Counted from the whole stretch's first letter, positions 41,541 through 53,888 are shown. The stretch is 63,508 bases of DNA, filler included, from Sanchytrium tribonematis (GCA_018985235.1; 25 parts of 25 records of this genome joined end to end with filler, not necessarily neighbours in it), one strand, 5' to 3'. Notes: generated by a model not told the origin, from the letters alone. Translations and numbers: made by a program.

Positions 41541-44376
41541 ATGTCAAAATTAGAGCAGCTCTTTGATAGAAATGCTAACGTAGATTCGGAACTTGAGCTA
41601 GAGAGCTCAGATCAACTTAATACCCTTCAGATACCCAAGCCTTTAAATGCATTTCAAAACACTTATAATTCTAATCAATCATTTCAATCTCGACATGCTA
41701 GCGTTCAAAGCGATACCAGTAATTTAATACTTTTTGATCAAGGTAATGACAAAGATAACATGGCAAATTATTTATCAACTAGATCAATAGACACATTTGT
41801 GAGTTCCACACCACAGGTAAATCAAGATGTGCCAAAAACGCAATTAAAGTGGATTCTTAATACATGGAGTGGCGTATTTATACCCTCAATACACGCATGC
41901 ATAGGTATTACAATATTTCTAAGATTACCTTGGATTATTGGATGGAGCGGCGTCACAATGAGCTTGATTTATTTACTCATTGGGCAAACGCTTATTGGTT
42001 TGACATGTACATCTGTCGCAGCAATTGCTTCAAATGGATTTAAAAGTGGCGGCGGTCCTTATTATATGATATCAAGAAGCCTGGGCAAAGAAATCGGAGT
42101 TTCTGTTGGTTTAATATTATGGCTTAGTCTTTGTGTATCATCAACAATATATATAAGTGGTTCGGCCTTAATATTGTCACGATTTTTATTTCCAGCTATG
42201 TCATTTAAAGATCTTTCTTGGAATACTCACGTTTATGGATCAGTTCTTCTTTTATTATTGACTCCATCTCAATTTTTGAATAAGAAGCATCTTTACTTTC
42301 TAAACATGACATTGTTCGCGTTTGTTATTCTAAGTGTTCTTAGTTTGATGATTGGTCTTTTATCTAATGAGCCAAGATATGATGGAATTCAAAAATTGCC
42401 AGGAAATTTGTCTCAAAATATGGAACCATCGTTTCTTGATTTTGAGTCGGACTTACTTGTCGCTGGCGGTCCATTTATGTACTTTTTCGCGGTCTTTTTC
42501 CCTTCTATTTCGGGAATCATACCGGGTTTAAATAGAAGTGGTTCCTTAAGACATCCAGCTGAGTCTTTAAAAATAGGGTTGTTTTCAAATTTGTTAATTA
42601 CGACTATTCTTTATACCATAATAATTCTACTGCTTGGGTGTGTCGTCAATCAGGACTTGCTTCAGCGTCAATACTCTAATAACAGTGACAGGCTTGTAAT
42701 TGCAATGGTTTCATGGCCAACAGACGTAGTTCAACTTGTATTAATATTTTTTTCTGCAATTGGAGCTGCAATATATTGTTTCTCTGGTGCTAATTCACTT
42801 TTAGGATCAGTTGCCAACGACGGCATCATTCCAATTTTAAAAAATCTGAATGCTACTAAAAAAAGTTCTTTGATTTGGAGAACCATTTTAGTCACAATGA
42901 TTGTTACATTAATATTTCTTCAAATTGGGAGCTTTGACATTTTATCAAAAGCCACCTCTTTGATAAATTTACTTACTTTTTGTTTCCTTAATTGGAGTAC
43001 AGCACTTTTGGGGTTTTTGAAAACACCTGGTTGGAGACCCTCATTCAAGTTTTATCATTGGTCATCGTCTTTATTGGGTGGAATTTTAAGTCTCGGTCTA
43101 ATGTTCGCATTTGACTGGAGAATCGCTGTTGGCGCAGTCTTGTTCATGGGCGTTTTAATTGGATATGTTCAATATTATGGTGCACTTGTTGACTGGGGCG
43201 ATGCTATCACAGCTCTAAATCTACAAATCAGCCAACGAAATCTTGTAAAGCTAGAAAAGTACTCTGATACTAATGTTAAAAATTGGCGCCCCCAATTATT
43301 AGGATTTGCTCCCATTAATCATGAGCATGATTCTTTGCCTGCGATATTGTCATTCTTATCGCAAATCAAAAAAGGTCGTGGTCTAACAATTATATTGAGT
43401 GTTATCATCACAGAGGATTTGAATAAAGTATACTCAGAAAAGCAAAATGAGAAGCTCCAACAGCTTTTGAAAAGCAAAATGGTGGACCATGGTATTAATG
43501 GATTCGCAGAAGTCTTAGTGTCAAGGAGTTTAGTTGATGGTATTGCACATGCAGTACAATTATCTGGACTTGGGAAGCTTTCGCCTAATACTGTTGTCAT
43601 GGGGTACATGTCCACAAGAGACAACATGGAAAAATGCGAGCAATATGTGGAAGCAATCAAGGCAGTTTTAATTTGCAAAAAGGGTCTTGTATTGCTGAAA
43701 TCGGTGTCTGAGTTTCCGACTGCACATCAATTACAAACAGGATACATAGATGTATATTGGATTAGACATGATGGCGGAATGTTGAGCATTCTTCCGCATC
43801 TGCTTAAAAAACACCACATATGGAGAAAATGTAAACTAAGAATATTTGCTCTAGCCGAACTTACAGACAATAGTGTGGAAATTGAACGAAACTTAAAAGA
43901 AGCATTGTTGGAACTAAGAATTGAGGCTTACAGTGAAGTGATAGAGCTAGGGGATTCTGATATAAGCGAATTTACTTATGAGAGAACGATGCAGCTACAA
44001 GAACGCCAAGAGTACTTGAAGAAAATAAGACATGATATGGGTAGAAATCGTAAAAATTCCCTTCATTTGTTTATTCGTGATGAGGCTAGTTCTTTGGCTA
44101 TATCGCCCTACATCAAGCAGCAAAATAAGAAATTGTATTTGTAATTAATTAAGGGATAAAAGTAAAATTGAATACATGAATACTTCAGTGAAAGTGAATT
44201 CAATAATGAAGAAACGATCTTCAAAGTCTCCATTGGTTTTTTGCAATTTACCAATTCCAAATGGTTCTCAATCTGCTTTAGACTACCTAGAATATGTTGA
44301 CGTATTATGCACCGATCTCAAACGAGTCATTTTGGTTAAGGGCGCTGGCTTCGAAGTTGTCACCAGTTCATTTTAA
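41541..44376 (+). CDS. Cation-chloride cotransporter (SLC12, KCC-like), 2 exons
   Basis: GVFIP...IFLRL.W, GGGPYYMISRSLG, FFPS.SG, PGWRPSFKFY, KNWRPQ, IDVYWI.HDGGML, and a terminal MNTSVKVN...LVKGAG.EVVT. Confidence 0.92.
44135..44153 (+). other. 19-nt spliceosomal intron
   Basis: GTATTTGTAATTAATTAAG, phase 2. Attaches the conserved SLC12 C-terminal segment in frame. Confidence 0.85.
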
Positions 44377-44447
44377 TTCTCAGGAACACTTCTTTAAAAT
44401 AAATTCATTCTAACACGCAAGAACTTGATGTTGATTTACTATTTGGA

Positions 44448-45201
44448 ATGCGGAACTTTAGAAAGAATGATTATATATTCGATTATTTTCAAAACAAAAA
44501 AATAATGCTCTCGATTCAAAAATTTACCATTTACTCTCAGATATCTTATGGGACTACTGATAACTCCATACAAACAGAGGATGTTGAAAAACAGGACCTC
44601 AATCTACAAACTAGTAACTCGATAGAGGGAGAAACACAAACAATTTCAAGGCCATTTATTAAATTAAATCCTATAGATCTTATTGAAGAAGCAATAATTG
44701 AAAATAGAATGTTTTCAAGTATTTACAAATATGCAGACTCTAATGCTTATTATCTAATGAAAGCTATTAATCAAATACAGGCGAAGAAATACGAGGAAGT
44801 TCTCATAAGTATCAATGATCAGAATTGTTTACTTGTTATTAACAATCAAAAATCATCACTTTTGTACCTCATTGATGAAGGCAGCAATATAAATACCAAA
44901 CAATTACCCGAAAAAATTAGTGTTATAATGGAAAGTCAATTTGGCACGTATTTAGGTAATACCATTGATTTTAAATCATATAACAAAAACGAAATCCACA
45001 GCTCTAAAATTCTGGATATTTCTTATTCCAAAAACTTGGTAGCGCTATCCGAAGGGATTCTAATGGGTGGGAAGTTTGTTCTAAATGAGAATATCAGTTC
45101 GTTCGCATCGCTAAGTAATGACTTTATATTAATTGGGACATATAATGGTATTATAAAGCAATATAGAGTTTCGAACGATATGTGCGTCTTTGAAAACAGC
45201 G
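44448..45201 (+). CDS. Hypothetical protein, possibly WD40-like (3'-truncated)
   Basis: Long ORF with repeated xQT motifs and ILIGTYNGII. Family uncertain. Confidence 0.4.
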
Positions 45202-45301
45202 NNNNNNNNNNNNNNNNNNNNNNNNNNNNNNNNNNNNNNNNNNNNTTAATTAATTAANNNNNNNNNNNNNNNNNNNNNNNNNNNNNNNNNNNNNNNNNNN
45301 N

Positions 45302-45662
45302 AATCACTATTATTAGAAATGGATCTAGAATGTATAGAATGCATGGAATATGGATTGGAATGGATTTTAGGGGTGATTATTGGATTATTAGGAGTATTAT
45401 AGGAAAATTGAGAATTGGATTTGGTATTTTGTGGCATTTTTACATTCATTTCTTGCTCAATTTCTAATAATAGTGATTCTAAATTATCTTCTGCAGGTGC
45501 ATGATGGGAATCTACTCCAGAATCTACATCTGGCAAACTTTGTAAATTATCTGGATTTTCATTCATTTCTATTGCTATGTTCTGCAGTGTGTCATTACTT
45601 AACTGGTTTATCATGTCAACGGTGGAAGAATTGTCAAAATCAATGCGTAGAAATGGATGCAT
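45302..45662 (-). CDS. Hypothetical protein N-terminus (3'-truncated)
   Basis: N/S-rich ORF running into the spacer. Confidence 0.4.
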
Positions 45663-45718
45663 TCAAGTGAGTATTCTGAGATTTGAATTTCAAACGGGGA
45701 GAATTTTCAAAAATTGAA

Positions 45719-46521
45719 ATGAAAATGCAAAATGTAATTCCGCAACATCAATTAGATAAATTAGTGATCAACTGGCTTTCAGAAGATGTGCCTTCTTTTG
45801 ATATTGCTGGTGCCATTTTAGAAGACAGGCCATGCCAGGCAACAATAATTGCGAAAGCACATGGAATCGTGGCAGGTATCCCATTTGTAGATGCAGTATT
45901 CACATACCTACATTGCACTGTAGAATGGCTTGTCAAGGATGGCCATGAAATCACTCAGATTACAACTCCAATTTGCAAAATTAAAGGATTGGCAAAACAA
46001 ATTCTCTTGGGTGAAAGAATTGCACTAAATGCACTCGCACGATGCAGTGGAGTGGCTACAATGTCCAATGAAGCTATGAAATTAGTCAATTCAGTGCAAT
46101 ATCACGGATTGGTGGCAGGAACAAGAAAAACGACTCCAGGATTCAGATTAGTAGAGAAATACGGAATGCTTGTTGGCGGTGTAGATTCTCATAGAATGGA
46201 CTTGTCTAGTATGGTGATGCTCAAGGACAACCATATTGACAGCTTAGGAAGCATTAAATCAGCAGTTGTAGCCACCAAGAAATATTCTGGATTTCACACT
46301 AAAATTGAAGTGGAGTGCAGAAATGATAATGATGCTACAGAAGCAATACAAGCAGGCGCAGATGTGATTATGCTTGATAATTTTAGTCCCGAGAATGCAA
46401 AAGAGACAGCTAAAGCCCTGAAGCAGAAATTTAAAAATCATCATTTTATAATCGAAGTTAGCGGCGGCATTTCTTTGGAGAATATCAAAGACTATTGTGG
46501 AGAATATATAGATGTGATCAG
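45719..46521 (+). CDS. BNA6: Quinolinate phosphoribosyltransferase (3'-truncated)
   Basis: WLSEDVPSFD, GERIALN, AGTRKTTPGFR, HRMDLS..VMLKDNH, IEVE and MLDNF. Confidence 0.95.
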
Positions 46522-46621
46522 NNNNNNNNNNNNNNNNNNNNNNNNNNNNNNNNNNNNNNNNNNNNTTAATTAATTAANNNNNNNNNNNNNNNNNNNNNNN
46601 NNNNNNNNNNNNNNNNNNNNN

Positions 46622-47078
46622 TTTTTCTTAATGCTCCAAATTCTTCGTTTGACTTTAAAAAGGATCTCTTTTTCACAATGCTGACACTTTTTAATTTGGT
46701 AGATTGAAATTGTTGAATTTCATGCAAGAACTCGTCTTTATCTTCAAAAATTGAACGAGCAACAACGTTTTGCGAACGATGAGTTGTTTTTACAATCTTA
46801 TTGACTGGAGATACTAATTTCAAATCCAACAAGCCTTGTGGAAACTCGGGAATCGTATTTAAAGTTTTAATATTCTCGATATCTTGACTTTGATGATTTG
46901 GAGGTTGGTTGCATTCTTTCATATTTGTGACATTTCTAACTTTTTGCTTCTTCAATATCATTCTTGCTTTTCGTTTGGTTGCATTCATAAGCTTACGTAG
47001 CCATGAAACTTTTAGTATCTCACATTGAGTTGCAGTGTCGCACTTTTTTGTAGTGGTATGCGTAGCAGTGTTGTCCAT
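46622..47078 (-). CDS. Hypothetical protein with a WH2/thymosin-like motif (3'-truncated)
   Basis: FLHEIQQFQSTKLKSVSIVKKRS. First in-frame ATG at 47078. Confidence 0.4.
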
Positions 47079-47226
47079 GAGTATACGATGTTCGTCCGCC
47101 TTATATGGAAAAAACAAACGGCGCGACGGTAGTATTTGATTGGGCACATACCAGATGTGCAAAATGTGAAATCGATAGCCTTAAATGTCAAACCGATATG
47201 CCAAAATCATGAATAAAAAAGGCAAA

Positions 47227-47344
47227 AGCTACAGCACATGGGATTCCCACCCCGTCTCCGATGGCAGTACTAACCATGCCAGCACCTGCTTAACTTCTGA
47301 AATTTAACAGGATCAGGTGTTTCCAGGTGTGTATGGCCGTAGCT
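47227..47344 (-). rRNA. 5S ribosomal RNA
   Basis: AGCTACGGCCATAC...CCTGATCC...GAAGTTAAGC...TTAGTACT...GGGAATCCCATGTGCTGTAGCT. 118 nt, paired termini and a downstream T run. Confidence 0.95.
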
Positions 47345-47456
47345 GATTATGAAGTGGAGAATGGTTTATAAACATGCATTTATTAAGTTTATGCATACAC
47401 AAAATAGTACATATCCGGTATATCTTATAAGTTATCCCAATACATTTGCAGATTTC

Positions 47457-47840
47457 CTAAATAGGCGTGATCCAATCCAAGTATACATCGATTTCCGATG
47501 GCGGTCCATACCATCCTGTCATGCAAGGTGCTTCATCCGCCTCAACCAACACAATTTCGTCGTTGTTATACGCAAGATCTATTGTTCCATGGAATGATTC
47601 TGGTATATTTAAATTTGGTAAAGTCGCATCCTTTCCTTGATACACAACCATTCCATTCTTACAATATAACCTAAATTTATTTATCATTTCTAAACGCTCT
47701 GAGCACCAAAGCGGACCTTTGATGGTTTGACCATTAAAAATTTGACCAGTAAATCTTTTAGGTTTATCTGCTGGTTTAATAAATGTTCCAATTTTTGGAG
47801 TTGAATTTTGTTTCCATACTTTCCTATGCAATAAAAAATT
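47457..47840 (-). CDS. ATP-grasp (R2K/DUF4343-like) domain fragment
   Basis: FIKPADKPKRFTGQ, SE......FRLY..NG and IDLA...IVLVEAD...GWYG. Confidence 0.6.
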   Translation of the reverse strand, partial: NFLLHRKVWKQNSTPKIGTFIKPADKPKRFTGQIFNGQTIKGPLWCSERLEMINKFRLYCKNGMVVYQGKDATLPNLNIPESFHGTIDLAYNNDEIVLVEADEAPCMTGWYGPPSEIDVYLDWITPI

Positions 47841-47941
47841 NNNNNNNNNNNNNNNNNNNNNNNNNNNNNNNNNNNNNNNNNNNNTTAATTAATTAANNNN
47901 NNNNNNNNNNNNNNNNNNNNNNNNNNNNNNNNNNNNNNNNG

Positions 47942-48370
47942 ACTGCTAGCAAGTCTCAATGGGAATCCATTACTTCGGTAGTCAGTGGTAGATTTGTTAA
48001 TGGCTATGCACGTAATGACTGGATATTGGGATATCTGTTCAGAGCAACAAGCGGTGGATTATTTAGTGTTGCCGGGCTTGGAGGTGTCAACCAGGCTGGA
48101 ATAGAGAATGTGGATTTGTCAGATATCGTAGATGGGCACATGCTGTATCGTGTGAATATGCCTAGGATACTAAAAAGATTTGGTCTAAATGTGCTCAACG
48201 ATCAATTATCACTGGTTTATAAAAAAGATAAGCAATTCCGCGAGCGAAAAGATAGCTCAAACGATGAAGAAATACAATTAGATGAGCGGATAAAAAATAT
48301 TTCTAATCAAGCAGCGAAAAATGAGGCAGAACTTGAAAATGAATTGAGTGAAGCCAATAAGAAAGAATAA
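47942..48370 (+). CDS. DUF726/TMCO4-like protein C-terminus (5'-partial)
   Basis: W.....VVSGRFVNGY..NDWILGYLFRA...VAGL...IENVDLSDIVDGH..Y. Confidence 0.85.
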   Translation, partial: TASKSQWESITSVVSGRFVNGYARNDWILGYLFRATSGGLFSVAGLGGVNQAGIENVDLSDIVDGHMLYRVNMPRILKRFGLNVLNDQLSLVYKKDKQFRERKDSSNDEEIQLDERIKNISNQAAKNEAELENELSEANKKE

Positions 48371-48420
48371 ATTTTTTGAAACAAATTGAAAATGCCTTTG
48401 GAATATGCTCTTCAACATAA

Positions 48421-49158
48421 AGGTCGATTTGGACCAATATTTTACTTCATTCGAGCAGACCTGCCAAGACCATTCAAATGCAACAATTTGAACAATTATT
48501 ACAAGAAAACGGTGTTAAATTGCGGCTAACTCTACTTGATACAGTAGGTTTTGGCTTAACACTGAATCGATCGTCAGATCTCGAACCAATTTTGGCGTAT
48601 ATAAAGGCACAATACGAAAGTCATTTGAATATTGAGAGGTCTACTGAAAGAAAACATATACAAGATACCAGAATTCACTGTATACTTTATTTTATCCCTC
48701 CTACAGGACATGGATTGAAAGAACTCGATGTGCTTGCCTTGAAAACACTTTCAAATTGGTGTAATGTAATACCTGTAATTTCAAAGGGAGATGCATTTAC
48801 ACCCGACGAATTAACAAAGTTCAAAGAATCAATTCTTGCTTCATTAAAGGAATTTGAGATTCCAGTATATCCTTGGAATTCAGGCGAAGGAAAAGATCAA
48901 GTTTCAGACATTCTGCAACATTACCCCTATGCTGTAGTGGGTGCTAATGAAAGCATCAAAGATAAGACTGGAAAGAGTGCTCCCGTGCGCAAATATAGTT
49001 GGGGCTCGATTAAATGTAATTCTTATTAATTTAGTGGATGACGATACACAGACAGACGTTCCTAAGCTTAGGAGACTTTTGATAAGTGACAATATGGCAG
49101 ATTTGATTGAATCTACTCATGTCCGCCATTTTGCTCAATATAGAGCCGGCTTTATGCA
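48421..49158 (+). CDS. Septin (N-terminal P-loop absent, 3'-truncated, one intron)
   Basis: ENGVKLRLTLLDTVGFG, DTRIHCILYFIPPTGHGL..LD, NVIPVISKGD, PYAVVG, R.YSWG|...D..KLR.LL. Confidence 0.85.
49016..49034 (+). other. 19-nt spliceosomal intron
   Basis: GTAATTCTTATTAATTTAG, phase 1. Gives WGSIKLDDDTQTDVPKLRRLL in the septin unique element. Confidence 0.9.
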
Positions 49159-49673
49159 NNNNNNNNNNNNNNNNNNNNNNNNNNNNNNNNNNNNNNNNNN
49201 NNTTAATTAATTAANNNNNNNNNNNNNNNNNNNNNNNNNNNNNNNNNNNNNNNNNNNNCACTAGGGCAGCTCTTTTTTACAATTGGACCACAATTTTGCG
49301 ATAAAACTAACGAAATTAACAAAAACGCCATCATATTTTCTGAGTCTTCCCCTTTTCTCCTACTTACGTCTAATTATACCGCAAGTGAAGAGGTTTTATG
49401 CGTATATTAACAAGTAAATTTAATCAAATCAGACTGATTATACCCGATTTAGTCATTCTAATTCTATTTTTTGATATTTTATTAAATTTTGATAAGAATT
49501 AATAATCCAGCATAAAAGGACTTTTTTGCTAGAATCTGACCTATCTTTAAGCTGAATTTATTCATGAAAGACCCAAATTCTAAATCAAATCATATAAATC
49601 CCGACCTTTCAGACTTCTTTCAAATGTATGCACAGATACGTTTCACCAGATTATAGAAACGAATGCAGATTTA

Positions 49674-50336
49674 TTATAAGTCTAGTTTGTCTAGGATTTT
49701 GGCAACTAGATTTGCAAATATACGCTTCTCGGAATACAATTCAATGTTTCCTCTGGAGATCGATCCTTTTTTCGCTTCCGGCGTTAAGTTGTATTGGACA
49801 ACTTCATTTTCATCAAATACTTTTAACTTATCATTCAAATGTTTTTTTCGAAATCGAGTTTTGATGTCTTCTTCGTTTTCTTCTTCTGTAACAGGGAATG
49901 TGTTCAGTCCAGCTTTGCTTATACCATCTGGAGTATTTTGGACAATAAAAGTGGTCTCTTTCCAATTGAGCAATTTGAAAATTTTAAAGTAACATTCAAT
50001 AAAAGGACTAGATATGTAAAACATATCCAATTTAATTTCAAGGTCAGAAATGTAAGATTCTAACTGGTTTTTCCTCATTTGATTCCTATTAAGTCTAATA
50101 AGTTCTAAGACGCAAATAAACTGAGTGGTTACTCCTTGAATCAGATATAATTCAACATTATCCATCAAGATATCCAATAAAATCAAGCTATTAGGATTAG
50201 TGTTTACGAGATAATGTACAATAGCCGGGTGTTGACGCACTATATCTCGGTATCCTTCTTCCAATTGTGGAGACACTGGTGATTTAATCAAACTTATAGC
50301 TGTTTCTTCAACACATAAATGATAGTCAAATGTCAT
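49674..50336 (-). CDS. Hypothetical protein
   Basis: 220-aa ORF, no family recognised, may extend to the contig end. Confidence 0.4.
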   Translation of the reverse strand: MTFDYHLCVEETAISLIKSPVSPQLEEGYRDIVRQHPAIVHYLVNTNPNSLILLDILMDNVELYLIQGVTTQFICVLELIRLNRNQMRKNQLESYISDLEIKLDMFYISSPFIECYFKIFKLLNWKETTFIVQNTPDGISKAGLNTFPVTEEENEEDIKTRFRKKHLNDKLKVFDENEVVQYNLTPEAKKGSISRGNIELYSEKRIFANLVAKILDKLDL

Positions 50337-50770
50337 TTTTGCCTTTGAAAGCTTGCTAGCAAAAGTAAGGCTGGAACCACCAACAAAATCTTTCAGTTTA
50401 AGCGGTTTTTCTTCATAACTACATGTAGCGGATGATAGATTGACAGTCAGGATGTATTCTCTAAGTTTTTGAATANNNNNNNNNNNNNNNNNNNNNNNNN
50501 NNNNNNNNNNNNNNNNNNNTTAATTAATTAANNNNNNNNNNNNNNNNNNNNNNNNNNNNNNNNNNNNNNNNNNNNTGGATTGTAAAAAACGTGAACTGCT
50601 ATTACGAAATGAATAAAAAATTGTATTTATGTATCTCGAGTTTAAAAGTTGCACTATAATGCTCAGCGAAACCTTACAATGTTAAATAACTGATCACGAG
50701 GAAACGGATACACTGTACTTGGATAAAAAAAAATTTGAATATAGGATTCGCCGTTAAACTTGAAACCTGG

Positions 50771-51790
50771 ATGAGCTCGGATGAAGAAGTGTCTATTTTT
50801 GACCAGAGTGACATTATCAACTTGGAAAGTTTAACGCAAGAGGAATTATTTAAAATTGAGCAGGATGTATTCAAAGCGATAGAATTATTTAATCAAAACA
50901 AGTTCAACGATGCAATAAAAATGCTTGAAGTTAGAGCAAATCAAGATGGTATTTTTGCTGTTGCGGTTGGCTGTTTATTATTCATGAGAGCCATAAGTAC
51001 TTTTAATAAGGACGACATAGATAAAGCGATGGCAGCGTTGGAATTGTCTATATCTGTTGCAAGTGCACAAAATACCAAACAATCTTATATTAGTAAATTC
51101 ACGAGCGTCCTATTCAAGCAAGAACTGCACTGGATAACGGCTAGGTGTTCGACGATACAAAGTGAAGCAAATATGCTTAGTTCATTTTTATTTATACTGC
51201 AAGAAAATATGACGGGCTTATTAAAAGCGGGACTTTTTCTAACTAAAGGTGTTAATGGTATAGAAGAAGTTTATAAATCAAAAGATGTGGAAATGGATCA
51301 AAATACTGTAGGCGCAGTGAATTTTTGTTTTGGAGCAATCCAAGCGGTAACAGCGTTATTGCCCTCAAGAGTATTAAAACTGATCAGTATATTCGGATAT
51401 TCAACTAACAAAGATCTGGGATTTGATCTTATGCACCAATGTGAAAGCGGAACAAGTATCTATAAGGAGTTGGCACCAATTTTTCTTCTTGGTATTCATT
51501 GCATATTGATGAGTTTTGCACCCAACACTCAGCAGCCCAGCCAAGTCAAGGCCATGCAAGAGAGATTAGATATCTGCTTATCAAAAAATCCTGATTCAGT
51601 ATTTTATTTAGTTATAAATTCAAGATTTTCAAGAGGGAAAAGAGATTTAAAAATGGCCGCATCAATTCTTCAAAAAGCCATTGACGTCCAAGACGAATGG
51701 ATTGGTATTAAGCTTCTTAGTGAATTTGAACTTTGTATGACAAACCTTTTTTTACTTAAGTTTGAAGTAGTATTCTCAATGCTAGATAAG
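50771..51790 (+). CDS. IML2/TTC39-like TPR protein (3'-truncated)
   Basis: AIELFNQNKFNDA, RAISTFNKDDI..A and LP..VLKLIS.FGY...K..G pattern. Confidence 0.7.
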
Positions 51791-52286
51791 NNNNNNNNNN
51801 NNNNNNNNNNNNNNNNNNNNNNNNNNNNNNNNNNTTAATTAATTAANNNNNNNNNNNNNNNNNNNNNNNNNNNNNNNNNNNNNNNNNNNNCAAGGGATCA
51901 TTGTACAACAAAAACTAGATGTTGTACAAATAAAACAATAATAAAAGCGTGTTTTATATTAAAAATAAAATTAAAAATGTGCTTTCTGACTGTTTATTTA
52001 TGATATTGACTCATCAGTGACTTGACAAATATCAATTTTGCAATTCAAATTTTACAAAATTCAAAAATTTATCTTTATGAATTCAATATTCTCATAAACT
52101 TGATTATATTCAATAAAAAGGGCTTTTTTTAAGCATTCTAAAAATACCCAACATCAATACTTTTCCAACAAAAATGAAATGTGTAGATGGGAAAAAAGGC
52201 AAATTTGCCATCACGTTTCAATATGGTGGGATTTAAGATATTTAAAAATATAAATATATATTTATATTCAAATACAAATATAATTA

Positions 52287-53054
52287 GGGCCAGCGCAGAA
52301 AGTCCGGGTAAATATTAGCATTAACTAAAATATTTGAGACACTCCGTTGTCATCTAAACGGTCTCGCAGAAAGTCTAAATATTCCCCGAATAAATCAATT
52401 AAATGAACAATCCCACTCTTGAAATTTTGGTAGTAACTATTGCCATATATCTCAAATTAAAAGCCAGCCCATCATCGCAAATGTCTAGATTCTATTTTGG
52501 TAGACAAAGACGACTAGATGCAGCATTATTATTTGATATTCCCGATGAGCATTTCTATCAATTGAATTATTACCATATTCAGAGTCCCAAAGAGCCCAAT
52601 TGAAAATTTGTCGACACAGAAGAGATGAAATTGCCATTTCAATGTTTGATCAATAGAAATAAATTTATTAGGAATTTGAGTGCGCATTTTCATTTGTTAC
52701 TTGTGGTAATCTTTGCTCTGGATTACTAATCTGTCTCTACTTGAATTTGTGGATGAGCTTGGGATTGAATCATTTGCAAAGTGCTAGTAATAAATGGATT
52801 AATATTGGAGTCATTCGTTCTTTGTTCTGGATTGTCGGGTGTAGAAAAAAACATTGTTGTTGTCACAGCTGGGAAATATGGCATCTAGCAAAAGACACAT
52901 TGCCCACATCTAAAATGGACCAATAGAAAGCCGCACAATATTTCTCGACAGCTCGCGGCTGCGTAAAAAATGCTAATTATTTGATTGGCTATAAATAGTC
53001 AAGAAATAGTCAAAGTGATCAATGCATATTTACTCGGACTTTCTGCGCTGGCCC
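52287..53054. mobile_element. Non-autonomous PIF/Harbinger-type DNA transposon (768 bp)
   Basis: 29-bp TIRs GGGCCAGCGCAGAAAGTCCG(G/A)GTAAATAT at 52287-52315 and 53026-53054 (one mismatch), flanked by TTA at 52284-52286 and 53055-53057. Confidence 0.85.
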
Positions 53055-53888
53055 TTAGACCATGAAATATTTGTATTTTAAAATAAATATTAAAAATATN
53101 NNNNNNNNNNNNNNNNNNNNNNNNNNNNNNNNNNNNNNNNNNNTTAATTAATTAANNNNNNNNNNNNNNNNNNNNNNNNNNNNNNNNNNNNNNNNNNNNA
53201 TATTGTTTTCTTTCCTCAAAAGGAATTGGATTTTCATATAATTTGCTCATCTTAGAACTAATAAAAAATTATTTATCAATCACCAAATGTATCAGATAAA
53301 TGGCTAAAAAGATGGGTCCAGGATAATTTCCCCAAGTCGTGAATCCTGGGATTTGTTGTTATTTTTAAAAAGGATAAATTATTCGAGAAAATTCATTCTG
53401 ACTTGCTGATTATAAAATTGATCATGCAGACACAGAACGGCTTAACTCTTATATCAACAACAAAGATCGATTAAAATAATGATGCGCTGTCTTTCTCATG
53501 GTAACGCTTAAGATACAAGTATTTCGTAATATTTTATCTTGTTTCTTTAAGTTTTTATTGGAATGGGGTGATGAAGTTATGTATTTTCACATGTGGTGTG
53601 GTAAATCATGGAGAGCTAAAATTTTGACCATAAACAAGTCCCCTTATGTAATTTACAACAATTAATTACAATCAAGTGATACATTAAAGTTCAACTACTA
53701 TAAAAAAGGAGGTTGATGTGATTCTATCAACTGTGGAGATGCCTTAGTTAAAATTTGAAGCTGATTTCCTTAGATTTTAATGCTTCAAATTTGAAATATT
53801 ATAGGGGGATATCTGACCCTTATATGAATAACGGTGATGACTTAAGTCATTCATTTCAAATTGAATGAGTATATCATCGTCGCTGTAA

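Noticed and set aside
49414..49432. 19-nt GT-AG segment GTAAATTTAATCAAATCAG
   Set aside because: The upstream plus-strand frame stops before it, no homology supports a join, and it lacks T at -8.
52270..53078. Outer 12-bp inverted match (AAATACAAATAT / ATATTTGTATTT) flanking the Harbinger element
   Set aside because: It is short, low-complexity AT sequence, asymmetrically placed and plausibly due to chance.
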